From IMG/VR virus record IMGVR_UViG_3300044984_001938: a stretch of DNA of 64,000 nt. One strand, 5' to 3'. Positions 28,695 through 44,200 of this stretch are shown in pieces (within the stretch, counting starts at the first letter, position 1; every line of letters begins with the position of its first letter). The translations under genes and the position numbers were made by a program. The stretch is from a virus. Its lineage: Duplodnaviria; Heunggongvirae; Uroviricota; Caudoviricetes. The notes under the pieces were generated by a model that was not told the origin of the DNA, did no database searches, and saw only the letters and a list, made by a program, of their open reading frames with translations.

Positions 28695-28823
28695 TTTTTT
28701 TCCTAATATGCGTATGCCTACCAGAATCTGCTTATGTCGCCGTAACCGACTACACAAGACTGTGGGGTGCTGCCCTCTGCTAGAAGGCCGAAAACCCCAC
28801 GGTTTTTGATTTCAGGTAATTTT

Positions 28824-28979
28824 TTACTCCGCGGGTACAGATGCGTCCTTGGCTTGCTCTTGGATCCCCTGAATCAATACAACAACGTCTTGGTAGGGGC
28901 GTGTGGCCAGATACTGCAAGATGCCGTTGATCAAGTTTAAAGATAGTTCAATTTTTTTGTCGTTCATTTTAATTTCCAT
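28824..28979 (-). CDS. Small tail-fibre-adjacent protein (51 aa), not in ORF track
   Basis: MEIKMNDKKIELSLNLINGILQYLATRPYQDVVVLIQGIQEQAKDASVPAE*. Confidence 0.65.
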   Translation of the reverse strand: MEIKMNDKKIELSLNLINGILQYLATRPYQDVVVLIQGIQEQAKDASVPAE

Positions 28980-29070
28980 TTATGTTTTGTTACCTAAGAT
29001 ACGCCGGATGCGACCCCAGGAATTTTACAATGTTGTCACATATATTTATGCCGCCGCAAATTACACATAA

Positions 29071-34263
<5,193 letters not shown>

Positions 34264-34301
34264 TTATAATGTATTTATCGTTTTTTAAGAAACAACAACC
34301 C

Positions 34302-34334
34302 AAAAAAATACCCGACATAAAGCCGAGTATTTTA
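34302..34334 (-). terminator. Probable terminator
   Basis: AAAATAC..CG hairpin followed by U-tract on the minus strand. Confidence 0.55.
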
Positions 34335-34347
34335 AGTTACGATTCTT

Positions 34348-37296
34348 TTATAGACCGCTTAATTTCATGTAGTCTTTTAACAACTCAGTGGATTCTTTCA
34401 TAGGATTACCTAAGCCATCAGCACCCATGCGATTCTTTTGCCCTGAGATTACTGGGATAGTTGTTTGACCGGTAGATTTTTGTTTATTCAATCCACCACT
34501 TATAACATTCATCATAAATCCAATGTCAGCTTCAAATGTATCATCTGCACTGTTAGCGTATGATTCTTCTATTGAACTAGTATCCTTTTTTACATCAGAC
34601 AAGTGGGCATCAATGCCAGCTGTACTTTTAAGTCCCCATTTCTGAGCAGCTTTTTGTGCTGCTTGATAACTACTACTTGCTTTAACTTCGCACTTACCTT
34701 TTTTAGCATGTACACAAATAAAAGGTCTTTCTTCTGATTCTTCTACTTTAGTTGATTCTTCTGAAAGCATTGCTATTTTTCTGAAAAGATTAGTGAAACT
34801 TGATTCTGACATTGTTTCGCATTTGCAAGGATTGCAATCACATTTTTTGCAATTGTTATCTTCATCTAATGCGTCTGTGCCGGCTTCTTCACCTGTTTCA
34901 TCTTCAGCTTCGTTAGTTGGGCTTGAATATACTTCACCTTCTTCTTCGTCTGCACCTGCATCTGCCGTTGCCAATGCACTATTAGCTGCTGCATTCCCTG
35001 CAACATCAGCATTGGTATTATCAGCACCGGAATCTGGGGCATTTGCTTCAGATACATCATCAGTCATTTGATCTTCTGATTCATCTTCGCCCATAACTGG
35101 TTGTTCATCGGATTCACATTGATGATTCTCTTCCATCATGTCGCCACATGACTCGCATGTTTCTGCCTCATGCCCATGATCTTCTTCACTGGAACCTTCT
35201 TCATCTTCATAGTCACCGTCATCTGTCATTTCTCCGCCGCCAGTGCCTGACAATTTCTTCATCAATGACATCATACCGTCATGGTCATCAACTACGCTGA
35301 TACCACCGTGAGCACCTGCTGAGCCTTGTGGTGCATTGAAACCTTGTTCTTCACCTCCAAATAAGCCTAAACCTGCTGATTTAATTATAGATAACAATTG
35401 GTCAGCTTCACCATCTTGTGCTGATACTGACACTGAATCAGGTGATCCTTGTTGACCTTTACTGATTGAAACTGTCATTCCTTCAGATACATTTTCTTCA
35501 CTTTTCACATTGGCTTTGAATTCAGCCTTAGTTTTACCGTATTTCTTTTTGAATTCTGCGTCAGTTAACTCTTTAAAATCCAATGATAGTTCATTCATTC
35601 TACCTTCATTAACATTTTCAAGTAAAGAATTTAATTGCTTATCTAATGATTCAAAAGCAAATTCATCTAAAACATTGTTATCACGCATTGTTTGTCCAAA
35701 TGCTTTGAAAGTGTTACCGGGCGTTGTAATTGCTTGTTGCTTCATGTAAGAAGTCTTATCCATCTCATCTACTTCACCCATGCCTTGCTCGTTAAATATA
35801 TCTCGGGCGAATGATACTATCCGATCATACATTTCTTCAAACAACATAGGATCAAATACTCCACCGTTTGATTCTACATATTTTTTAACTGCGGCCATTA
35901 CTCTTGGTTTTCTACTTGGACTCATATAGCGGCGATTATTATCAATCATGTCTTGGATAATATCCATATAATCATCTTCACCAAACATATCTATATCACC
36001 TTTACCCATGCCTTCATCCATTACATCATGTGCGCCATAACTAGCCATTGTGCCAACTTCAGGTCCTTGACCCATTTCACCAATTGCAGTGAGACCTAGT
36101 ATTGGCATTTGACCATAGCACTCATCTAAGCCTTCTTTGAACCCGTCGTGATAGTGTCTTGCTTCTTCCATATCATCGTTTGTGCAATTGTATGGCATTT
36201 TTCTTAGTGCATGGCTTTTACCTTGAAGTCTTGCAGCTTGTAAATTATGTTCCATGCCTTCTTTAACTTTCTTTTTATCTTTGACAGCTTTCTTCATTGG
36301 CTCTTTCTTATTACCGTCTTTATCTATATCTAGAAAGTCTGGTTTGGCAGATTTCTTAGCAAAAGGATTAACACCTTTCTTAGGTGCGTTCCCTTTCTTC
36401 TCATCCTTTTCTATATCTTTGGTAACTTTTTTTCCAATCTTTTCAGCCTTGTCATCTTTCTTGACAAAAGGATTTACACCTTTCTTGCCTTCTAATACAC
36501 CGCGATTAGCAGTGCTTAGTGGACTTGATTGTGCAAAGTACTGTGGAGCTTCAGCCTCATGCATCTTGCTTAATGTCGTAGCAAGTTGTGCTTGCTTTTC
36601 TGTCTTAGCAGGATAATCTTCTTTGTGTGCTAAGACTTTTGCTCTGAATTGAGTAGGAGTCATACCGTGAGATTTTGCTTTTGTGGTGAAGGCGCCCGGA
36701 TGCTTAATAGCACCCTTGATCCAATTTTCACCATCTTCAGCCATTTGTTGATCAGGCATTAAAGTCAGTTCACCTTTACCAATAGATTGTTTAATCTGTT
36801 GTGCTAATTGAGCGTTGTCAACTGTACCTAGTGTCTTATCACCTTGTGCAATAACTTGTGTGTTCTTTTGTGGTTGACCTGCCATTTGTTGCTGTTGTCC
36901 GGGCTGTAGTGTTTGTCCGGGCTGCTTAGGCATTTGTGAAGCCGGTTTGATTTCAATTTGATCAGCTTCATTCAATGCTTGGGTTAATTGATCAAAGTAT
37001 TCTTTCAAACTATGCTTAGTAGTTTTACTTTTATCCCACTTGGGCAACTTAACATCTTTACCTGTTACACCAAATGCTGACCAATCAGGCTTGCTACCTG
37101 CAGGGGCTGCTTTTGGAGGACGACCTTTGCCACGCTTCACGGCAGGAGGTGCTTGCTTAACTGGGTTACCGTCAGCATCTTCATCGTCTTTACGACCGTA
37201 ACCACCTGGGTCAGCAGTGTGAACTTCACCTGTATCAGTAGTAGTTGTGGCTTCTGATAAATTGTCAAACGATTTTAATATATCTCTGAAATCCAT
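34348..37296 (-). CDS. Large acidic internal-head / prohead-core-like protein
   Basis: N-terminus MDFRDILKSFDNLSE; many L/V/M-x-E sites; alternating basic and very acidic low-complexity blocks. Confidence 0.55.
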   Translation of the reverse strand: MDFRDILKSFDNLSEATTTTDTGEVHTADPGGYGRKDDEDADGNPVKQAPPAVKRGKGRPPKAAPAGSKPDWSAFGVTGKDVKLPKWDKSKTTKHSLKEYFDQLTQALNEADQIEIKPASQMPKQPGQTLQPGQQQQMAGQPQKNTQVIAQGDKTLGTVDNAQLAQQIKQSIGKGELTLMPDQQMAEDGENWIKGAIKHPGAFTTKAKSHGMTPTQFRAKVLAHKEDYPAKTEKQAQLATTLSKMHEAEAPQYFAQSSPLSTANRGVLEGKKGVNPFVKKDDKAEKIGKKVTKDIEKDEKKGNAPKKGVNPFAKKSAKPDFLDIDKDGNKKEPMKKAVKDKKKVKEGMEHNLQAARLQGKSHALRKMPYNCTNDDMEEARHYHDGFKEGLDECYGQMPILGLTAIGEMGQGPEVGTMASYGAHDVMDEGMGKGDIDMFGEDDYMDIIQDMIDNNRRYMSPSRKPRVMAAVKKYVESNGGVFDPMLFEEMYDRIVSFARDIFNEQGMGEVDEMDKTSYMKQQAITTPGNTFKAFGQTMRDNNVLDEFAFESLDKQLNSLLENVNEGRMNELSLDFKELTDAEFKKKYGKTKAEFKANVKSEENVSEGMTVSISKGQQGSPDSVSVSAQDGEADQLLSIIKSAGLGLFGGEEQGFNAPQGSAGAHGGISVVDDHDGMMSLMKKLSGTGGGEMTDDGDYEDEEGSSEEDHGHEAETCESCGDMMEENHQCESDEQPVMGEDESEDQMTDDVSEANAPDSGADNTNADVAGNAAANSALATADAGADEEEGEVYSSPTNEAEDETGEEAGTDALDEDNNCKKCDCNPCKCETMSESSFTNLFRKIAMLSEESTKVEESEERPFICVHAKKGKCEVKASSSYQAAQKAAQKWGLKSTAGIDAHLSDVKKDTSSIEESYANSADDTFEADIGFMMNVISGGLNKQKSTGQTTIPVISGQKNRMGADGLGNPMKESTELLKDYMKLSGL

Positions 37297-37306
37297 TTTA
37301 TTTTCC

Positions 37307-37936
37307 TTAACGGTTATATGCTGCGCCAGTCTTTGGCTTTGGTGGCATCTTTATAGTACTCATTGGGCTCTTGTCCCCCATCTTCTTATCATCTAAATAT
37401 GGCTTGAACGGGTCAAACGCATCTTTTGTTCTTGTCCCTGCATATGGAATATCAATCTTAGACTCTTTAGCTTGATCTTTGATTGATTGTAAATATGAAT
37501 CCCCGTACGCCTTGCTTGCTGCTTTGGCATCAGGCTGCTCACCCATTTCTTCTTTATCAAGCAATGGGCTATGACTCATTTCATTTTGATATCCCGCCTG
37601 TTCACTATCAATACTATCATCAAAAGCAGTTGATATCATACGCACCATGTTAACATTGTATCCGCATAACTGAGCAAGTTGTTGCACCATTGGTTCTGTA
37701 GCTGGGTATCTAAACTCAACTTTAATCAATGTAACACTTTCGTTCTCTAAGTTAGGAAAACCATATGGTGATTTCTGTATTGGAGTACTTTTTGGTTCAC
37801 CAATTTCCACTGGGTCAAACTTTTTTAGATTGTACTTAAACATGTCTATAAAGTTTTTGTCAATGGTGCCGGCAATTTTGATAGTATACTTGTAAGTATG
37901 TATACTTTCAACAATGAAATGTTTAAGGCTTCGCAT
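37307..37936 (-). CDS. Hypothetical head-associated protein (start reassigned to 37936)
   Basis: MRSLKHFIVE N-terminus; GATAAATA box at 37957-37964 lies inside the longer ORF call. Confidence 0.6.
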   Translation of the reverse strand: MRSLKHFIVESIHTYKYTIKIAGTIDKNFIDMFKYNLKKFDPVEIGEPKSTPIQKSPYGFPNLENESVTLIKVEFRYPATEPMVQQLAQLCGYNVNMVRMISTAFDDSIDSEQAGYQNEMSHSPLLDKEEMGEQPDAKAASKAYGDSYLQSIKDQAKESKIDIPYAGTRTKDAFDPFKPYLDDKKMGDKSPMSTIKMPPKPKTGAAYNR

Positions 37937-37967
37937 GTTTTTATTCCTGTATATATTATTTATCTTT

Positions 37968-38444
37968 TTAAGTGGATTTTGCTGCCAACATCTTAAGCAA
38001 CTCGTTTCTATCAAGTTCTCTACCTTCTCCTATTGGGGTAGCTTCAATTTCCTTGTCCCTACTTGATTCTTTTTGATCCAATTGTGCTTTTTTCAACTGT
38101 AAATCAATCATCTTTAACTTCTTATTTAGTTTAGCAGTTTTTGCAGTAATAGCATGACCAAGCATAGTTCCAGCAACATTAAATATCTCACTGGCATATC
38201 TGCTATCCACTTGCATCCCAAGATCAATTAAGTCTTTGTAGCTGCTTGTAGCCATCTCAGCTAATGCATCCATCTCATCATCTGCGGCTTCTAATCCACG
38301 GACTTGAGGTAATGCTTGTTCTATTTTTGATAGACTATCTAATGCTTCAGTGGTTATTTCCTGTGCATTTTCTGGTGTTGGTTTCGCCAAGGTGTCTATT
38401 TCATCTTGCGGCAGTTCAAAAAGTTCTTCTAGTCGTTTCGTCAT
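37968..38444 (-). CDS. Putative terminase small subunit
   Basis: Helical 158-aa protein next to the head-completion nuclease; C-terminal DRNELLKML; assignment from size and position. Confidence 0.4.
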   Translation of the reverse strand: MTKRLEELFELPQDEIDTLAKPTPENAQEITTEALDSLSKIEQALPQVRGLEAADDEMDALAEMATSSYKDLIDLGMQVDSRYASEIFNVAGTMLGHAITAKTAKLNKKLKMIDLQLKKAQLDQKESSRDKEIEATPIGEGRELDRNELLKMLAAKST

Positions 38445-38485
38445 AGAAAGTATTTAGTTACTTTCGTGACCCATTTCTAAAAAGG

Positions 38486-38935
38486 TCATCTTCTTTTTTT
38501 TACACTACTAGTAGTATTTGCAAAAATTGAATCTTCACTAATGACCCTAAAAACATAACCGTGCTGTTTGCAATATGCAGTAGCGGATAGGAATTTAGCT
38601 TGGTTAACTATTGCATGTAATTTATCATGTCTGGTTTTTGCTTCAGTCAATGATGTTTGACTTTTTGGTTTTACTTCAACTATTTCTGCCTTAATTTGAT
38701 GTGATTTATTTTCATAAACCACAAAAAAATCAGGAATATATTGATGTATTTTTCCATCTAATGGGCTACGATACGGTATTGAAATTGATTCACTTGCCCA
38801 ATGTGTAATATGTTTATTTTCATCTAAAAACATCATAACCCGCATTTCCCAAGACGATCTGTATTTGGGTTTATGTTTACCTACATACTTTTGTGGATTT
38901 CGGCAAGTATAAGTACCCTGAGCATAATTAGCCAT
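38486..38935 (-). CDS. Head completion nuclease (T4 gp4-like, TnsA-type PD-(D/E)XK)
   Basis: NPQKYVG..YRSSWE, WASESISIPY, YIPDF, VEVKP. Confidence 0.85.
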   Translation of the reverse strand: MANYAQGTYTCRNPQKYVGKHKPKYRSSWEMRVMMFLDENKHITHWASESISIPYRSPLDGKIHQYIPDFFVVYENKSHQIKAEIVEVKPKSQTSLTEAKTRHDKLHAIVNQAKFLSATAYCKQHGYVFRVISEDSIFANTTSSVKKRR

Positions 38936-38937
38936 AC

Positions 38938-39297
38938 TTATTGCACTATGTTTCGTGCCACTGGTTGATTTGATTTTGGTATGATAGCTATGCCATATAA
39001 TGAAGTTTTGCTTTTAAAACTATTTAGATAGTAAGCAAGAATTTGATTCATTTCCATTTTCTTTGTACCTTTGATTTGGTCAATTAATTGTAATACAGGT
39101 ATCTGTGTTTCTTGTGCTATTCTAAATAACACCGCAGTAAAATTAGCTGCAATATTTTTAGAGGCACAAACAGATACAAAATATGAATATACGATATCAT
39201 ATTCTACAGCATTAACAACTGAATTGAACGCATAAAAAGAATCAAAAATTCTAACTGTTTGATCTAAGTTTGTACGATTATCTATAATTTGTGACAT
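38938..39297 (-). CDS. Hypothetical protein
   Basis: 119-aa ORF in the tail operon. Confidence 0.55.
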   Translation of the reverse strand: MSQIIDNRTNLDQTVRIFDSFYAFNSVVNAVEYDIVYSYFVSVCASKNIAANFTAVLFRIAQETQIPVLQLIDQIKGTKKMEMNQILAYYLNSFKSKTSLYGIAIIPKSNQPVARNIVQ

Positions 39298-39306
39298 TTT
39301 TTTACT

Positions 39307-40512
39307 TTATTGTGGTCCACTCTGACCGGATGTTTGTGAACCCGCGGAAGGATTACCGCCTATCTGTGGAGGTGCAGATAGTGCTCCTGATAATTTTGCT
39401 CCAGCAGTTCCAATTCTACTTTGAATAGCACCAAATATAGGAGTTGCTACATTGACATTTCTATTTGGGGTTTGTCCTACTGAATTATTTATACCATTGA
39501 CAACTTCTGATTTTGCAATATTCACTATGTTTGTATTTTTAAATGTATTATATGCCGTGCCATTCGCCGTGTTAGTTTCTTGTACTATATTTCTATTAGT
39601 TTTCAATGTGCCGCCAGCACCGTCAACTAATCCACCTTGACCTAATATCTTTGAATTTGCATCGGGTCTTGCTATAGGGCTTAATCTTCTATCATAAAAA
39701 GCTTCCTCACCAAATCCAGTGACGATATTATCGGGGCTCTTACCATCTATTGCACCTTCATTATAAACTACAGTTTCGTAATCCAATGTCATTTGATGTT
39801 CCATTGTTCCGTTGCCTTGAGCATAATCATATGTATCATGGCTAAAAGCTGTTATTACAGGATTGATCAATGTATAAGCTACAAAATTATGTTGGTTGAA
39901 ACCAAACACTGTTATATTTTTAAAGAAAGGTATTTTTTGACCAGTTGGATCGCTAGTACTACCTTGATAACCCCAACTTGCATTCCCAGTAATAGAAGGT
40001 TGATATTGTGTTCTGCTATTGTATGTGGCATCAGTTTCACCTGCGAACCCTCCGCCTCCTGTTAATTGTGATATTGGGGTATCTCCTCTTGCTCCGTTAA
40101 ACACAACTTGTGGTTTTGTTCCATCGGCGTAGTAGTAATTGTAATAACCCTTCCACATTTTTCTAATTGAATTTCCATTATCATCATGGAACGTAATATT
40201 AACTGGATCGTATTTGATTTTTGTTTGTATCAATCTTTTACGATTATATTGATTCAATGTTGCTACGTCTAAATTAAAGCCAGGGAGTTTTACTGTTTTA
40301 ACTAATAGGCCGTAACTAGCCAAATTGAAGTCGCTTGGCAATCCAGTTGGATTAAGTTGAAAGTAAACATGAAATAGAAACTTAAATTTAGGAGCATTTT
40401 CATATGCATTGGGTCTAAATGTTTTACTAGCGTGAGTGTAATCACGAAGGAAAACACTGCCGGAAAATGCTCCGGCAGTGTCTGTTTGTAAGTTTTGATA
40501 AAATCCAGACAT
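39307..40512 (-). CDS. Tail-tube-fold / baseplate tube initiator protein
   Basis: LVKTVKLPGF, QYNRKR..KIKYDPVNITFHDD, TLINPVI, TLDYE motifs typical of tube-family paralogues. Confidence 0.7.
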   Translation of the reverse strand: MSGFYQNLQTDTAGAFSGSVFLRDYTHASKTFRPNAYENAPKFKFLFHVYFQLNPTGLPSDFNLASYGLLVKTVKLPGFNLDVATLNQYNRKRLIQTKIKYDPVNITFHDDNGNSIRKMWKGYYNYYYADGTKPQVVFNGARGDTPISQLTGGGGFAGETDATYNSRTQYQPSITGNASWGYQGSTSDPTGQKIPFFKNITVFGFNQHNFVAYTLINPVITAFSHDTYDYAQGNGTMEHQMTLDYETVVYNEGAIDGKSPDNIVTGFGEEAFYDRRLSPIARPDANSKILGQGGLVDGAGGTLKTNRNIVQETNTANGTAYNTFKNTNIVNIAKSEVVNGINNSVGQTPNRNVNVATPIFGAIQSRIGTAGAKLSGALSAPPQIGGNPSAGSQTSGQSGPQ

Positions 40513-40539
40513 GCTAGATTTATTTAGTTACGATTCTTT

Positions 40540-41172
40540 TTAGAAAGAACCACCGATACCGGTAGTAATTGAACCAAATGTCCTTGGTACTTGTGTACCG
40601 ACCCCTGTACCGAGAGGTGATTGAATTGCGTTATCAAAACGTAAGGTCAATGAAATTGTCACTGCATCGTTTGTAACATAATTTAATGTATTATAGTTTG
40701 CGGTTTGAACAAAGCAACCATAACATTCCCAAGTTTCTAATACTACCGGAGTACTTGCACCATTGCCACCGTCTAGTATTTCAATGTTTGTTTGAAACTT
40801 GTAGTCTTGACCAGATACCGCACTTGCTTGTTCAACAAAATCCATTTGCTTCTGTAATTGCTGACCAACTAATCTTGACACACTGTTTGAAGCATCATCA
40901 CGAATGTTGATAGCTAATGTTTGCCATGCAGCCTTTCCAGCCAAATACATTGTTGAGTTATAAATATTTATTGGAATTTCTGTGAACTGTACGTTGGGAC
41001 GAGAGCAATCAATAACTTGCTTTGTTAACTCTACCGTACTGGTGTCTGCTCCAAAATTCAAAAAATTAACTCTGAATCTGAACTGTAGTTTGGGCATTAG
41101 TAAGCCCTGATTGCCGCCGGCATTATCAGAGGCGACTGTCATGTTGAACAATGATTGTGAGGCTGTTGCCAT
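40540..41172 (-). CDS. Tail tube protein (T4 gp19-like)
   Basis: LMPKLQFRFRV, YLAGK..W, INIRDD, WECYGCF, LTLRFDNA; immediately downstream of the sheath. Confidence 0.8.
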   Translation of the reverse strand: MATASQSLFNMTVASDNAGGNQGLLMPKLQFRFRVNFLNFGADTSTVELTKQVIDCSRPNVQFTEIPINIYNSTMYLAGKAAWQTLAINIRDDASNSVSRLVGQQLQKQMDFVEQASAVSGQDYKFQTNIEILDGGNGASTPVVLETWECYGCFVQTANYNTLNYVTNDAVTISLTLRFDNAIQSPLGTGVGTQVPRTFGSITTGIGGSF

Positions 41173-41214
41173 TTTATATTTCTCCTATTAATCTTATTTA
41201 TCTTAACTAAACTG

Positions 41215-41233
41215 ATAACCCCCGAAGGGGTTA
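41215..41233 (-). terminator. Hairpin/terminator after the sheath gene
   Basis: AUAACCCC-UUCG-GGGGUUAU. Confidence 0.7.
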
Positions 41234-41243
41234 TTTTAGTTTA

Positions 41244-44200
41244 CTATATTCCTGCTATCTCACCTGTGTTTAATACACGAACCGGGATGTAGATAAATTC
41301 AGCTGCCTTGACTGGTTCAATTGCAACGTCTACCCAAAGTTCATTTCTATCTATTCTTGCTGGTGTGTTGTTACTTTCATCACATATTACAAGATAATCA
41401 TAAATTCCGCGTTTAGCAACTAAATCTACCATCAATGTTTGAATAACCCCTTGAATTTGTTGTCTTGTTAGTGCATCGTTAGGTTCAAATACGAATGGAC
41501 GTGCTGCTAATGTTAATTGTCTACGAACATACGCAATTAGTCGTGCAACGTTAGTTCTGTCTAAAGCACTAGAACTATTGAAACTTGTCTTGTTGCCATA
41601 ATTCAACAATCCAATGCCAGTAAAGAATACTAATGGATTGATAAAGTTAATATACAACACATCACGAATACCAATACGTGTCTTAGTAGTTATAAATTCA
41701 CCAGTTGCACTATCAATATAACCGATGTTTGTTGCATTGTCAATATTACCTCTACGTGTACCTGCTGCTGCTAACCAAGGATAAGCAACTGTATCATTTC
41801 TGATAAATGTACGCAACATCATATGACTTGCGGGAACTGCAACTAGATTACCACTTAGATCACTTGTGATACCACTTGGATAGAACAAACCTAAATATGT
41901 ATTACGTGTTACACATCCTGCTTCACCTGTGCTTGTAGCACCTGCCGCGTTAGTTGCCCATGCTTGAATTGATGTAGCATCTGATGGCAATCTCATTGGA
42001 GTATCACCTAAGATATAACCTGTATCACCACGATCAGCATTCAACACAACCATATTAGGTTGTAATTCTGGATAACCAGGAGTAGCCATCAAGTTGAAGA
42101 AATTATCTTCATCACGAATGTCATTGTTAGTATCCATTGCTGAACGCAATGATATTACAACCATATTACGTTGCGCCTGACGACCCATATAAGGAGCACC
42201 ATTTGATTGCAATCCACTTTCACTTAACCACGTTGCTGTTTCTACTGGCAAAGTTTGATCAGGGAAATTAATGCCGTTGAAGTAATTTGCTTGGTATGAT
42301 TTAACATTGTAACCTGAACGGCGTGTGTTAAATAATAGCATACCTGTTGGGTATAATGCTGCATCAGGTACATCTAAGTCTACATAGTCGCTGGCCAATA
42401 AGCTAACGATACTTGGAATAGGATCATCAACTACATTTGTGTTGTCGTTGGTTGCCCAACGTGCATCAGCAAACACTACACCCTTGCTGCTTGTTTGATC
42501 AGCGTTGTCTAACAATACCCACATGTCTGTCATGCTTGTTGTATCAAATTCCCAACGACTGATTATTGGATACAGTTCTAAATCACTGGTATCAATCCAT
42601 AGATCACCGTATACTAACGCTGTAGTATCACTTTGAGTTGTTGGTGCAGTTGCAGCAATTATAGGACCAGCTGGATCTGTTGTGTTACTTCCAGTTGGGG
42701 TCGGGAAACCAGTACTGTCATAATTTATATTTTTATAACCATTCCATTGTCCGCCGGATTGAACCATAATGTCTACTTGGTCAATGACACTCCAGAACCA
42801 ATTTGTACCTTGTGCAGGAGCTGCTACCGGAGCACCTTCATTTGCTGTAAACACTAGTGGAATCCAGTTACTAACTTGAATAGAAGTTTTTAGTGAAGAT
42901 ACACCGCTGTAATAAGTTACTGCGGTAACTACACCTGAACTCACTGATACAACTTTTAATAATAAATCATTGGCCGGTGTAGCTCCTCCCAATAATGCTC
43001 CACTAACTGTTATAGTATTACCTACAGCATAACCAGTTCCGCCAGACGCTACACCTGTTCCTATTATACCATAAAGGAAGCCACTTTGAATATTTGCATT
43101 CACTGTCAATCCTGAGCCAGCACCACCTGTAGTAGCTATGCCATTAAAATCTACACTAGCACCTGAAAGTGGGCCATCGTATTGAACAAAAGGAGTAATT
43201 TGAGCATCAAAGCCAGCTTGTGTTAGTATGGTGGCAGAACGCCCTTGATTAGCTCCTGCTGTTGATATACGATCATTCATTACAATTTCGCCACCTTGAG
43301 TATGTACTAATTGCACAGCATCGTCAGTAGTTAACAATGCAGTTGTATAAGGAATAGCAGCAGCTAACCAGTTAGTTACAAATTGCAACGGAGTACAATT
43401 ATTAGGAATAGTAACAGTATATTGACTTGACAAGCTAGTACTATTTGGTATACTGGTTTGAACTGTAATAGTTGCTGTTGACAACGTATACGGCAAAGCT
43501 ATTGTGAAAGCTGTCTCACTGCCGGTTGCCACTGTTGGCCCTGTTGCTGCTCTTTCCCATAAATATATAGGAAAGGTGCTGTTTTTAAAAGGATAGCTCC
43601 AATCGTATTGTGCGTAGACAGTACCTACCGGAATCGCTTGTCCGCCAGTGGCGTCAATAGTAGCATCTGCTGACCAGTTATTGGTAGCTAATGTTACAGA
43701 TTTTGCTACAAAAGAACCAGTAACTGCATTATATTCAGAAACAACCGGGGTTAAACCAAGACCTGCATTGCTAGCCTTAATCCATACTGAACCAGTTGGA
43801 TGAGGATATGTTTGACTACTTGACCATAACGGCATTTCTGCTGAAGTACCATATACAACTTGAGGTTGATAGTAATTTTGTGCAGTTAACCCTACATCAG
43901 CTAACACTGTGCCTGTGCCAGTAATTCCAAGATATTGATTACCAGTAGTTGAAGGTTGAGTAGATAATAAGACTAATTTACCTGATACTACCTCCGCAGT
44001 AATATAGCTATATCCCAATGAATTGATAGCATTTGCAACACCTTGAACAGTGTTAAAAGGGGATGCAGGCACCGCAACAGTAGTAGACCACACCCCACTT
44101 AAACTAATAATTAAAGTGTCAGTGGCAGTTAATGTAGGGTTAGAATTTGTACCTTGAACAGTTGGCCATTGACCTCGCCATGTTCTGGACCCTAATGTTG

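Noticed and set aside
28762-28800. HDV-like/theta ribozyme
   Set aside because: A P1-like helix is present but there is no P3/L3 (UCCUCG-like), P1.1 or J4/2 pattern, and no adjacent tRNA.
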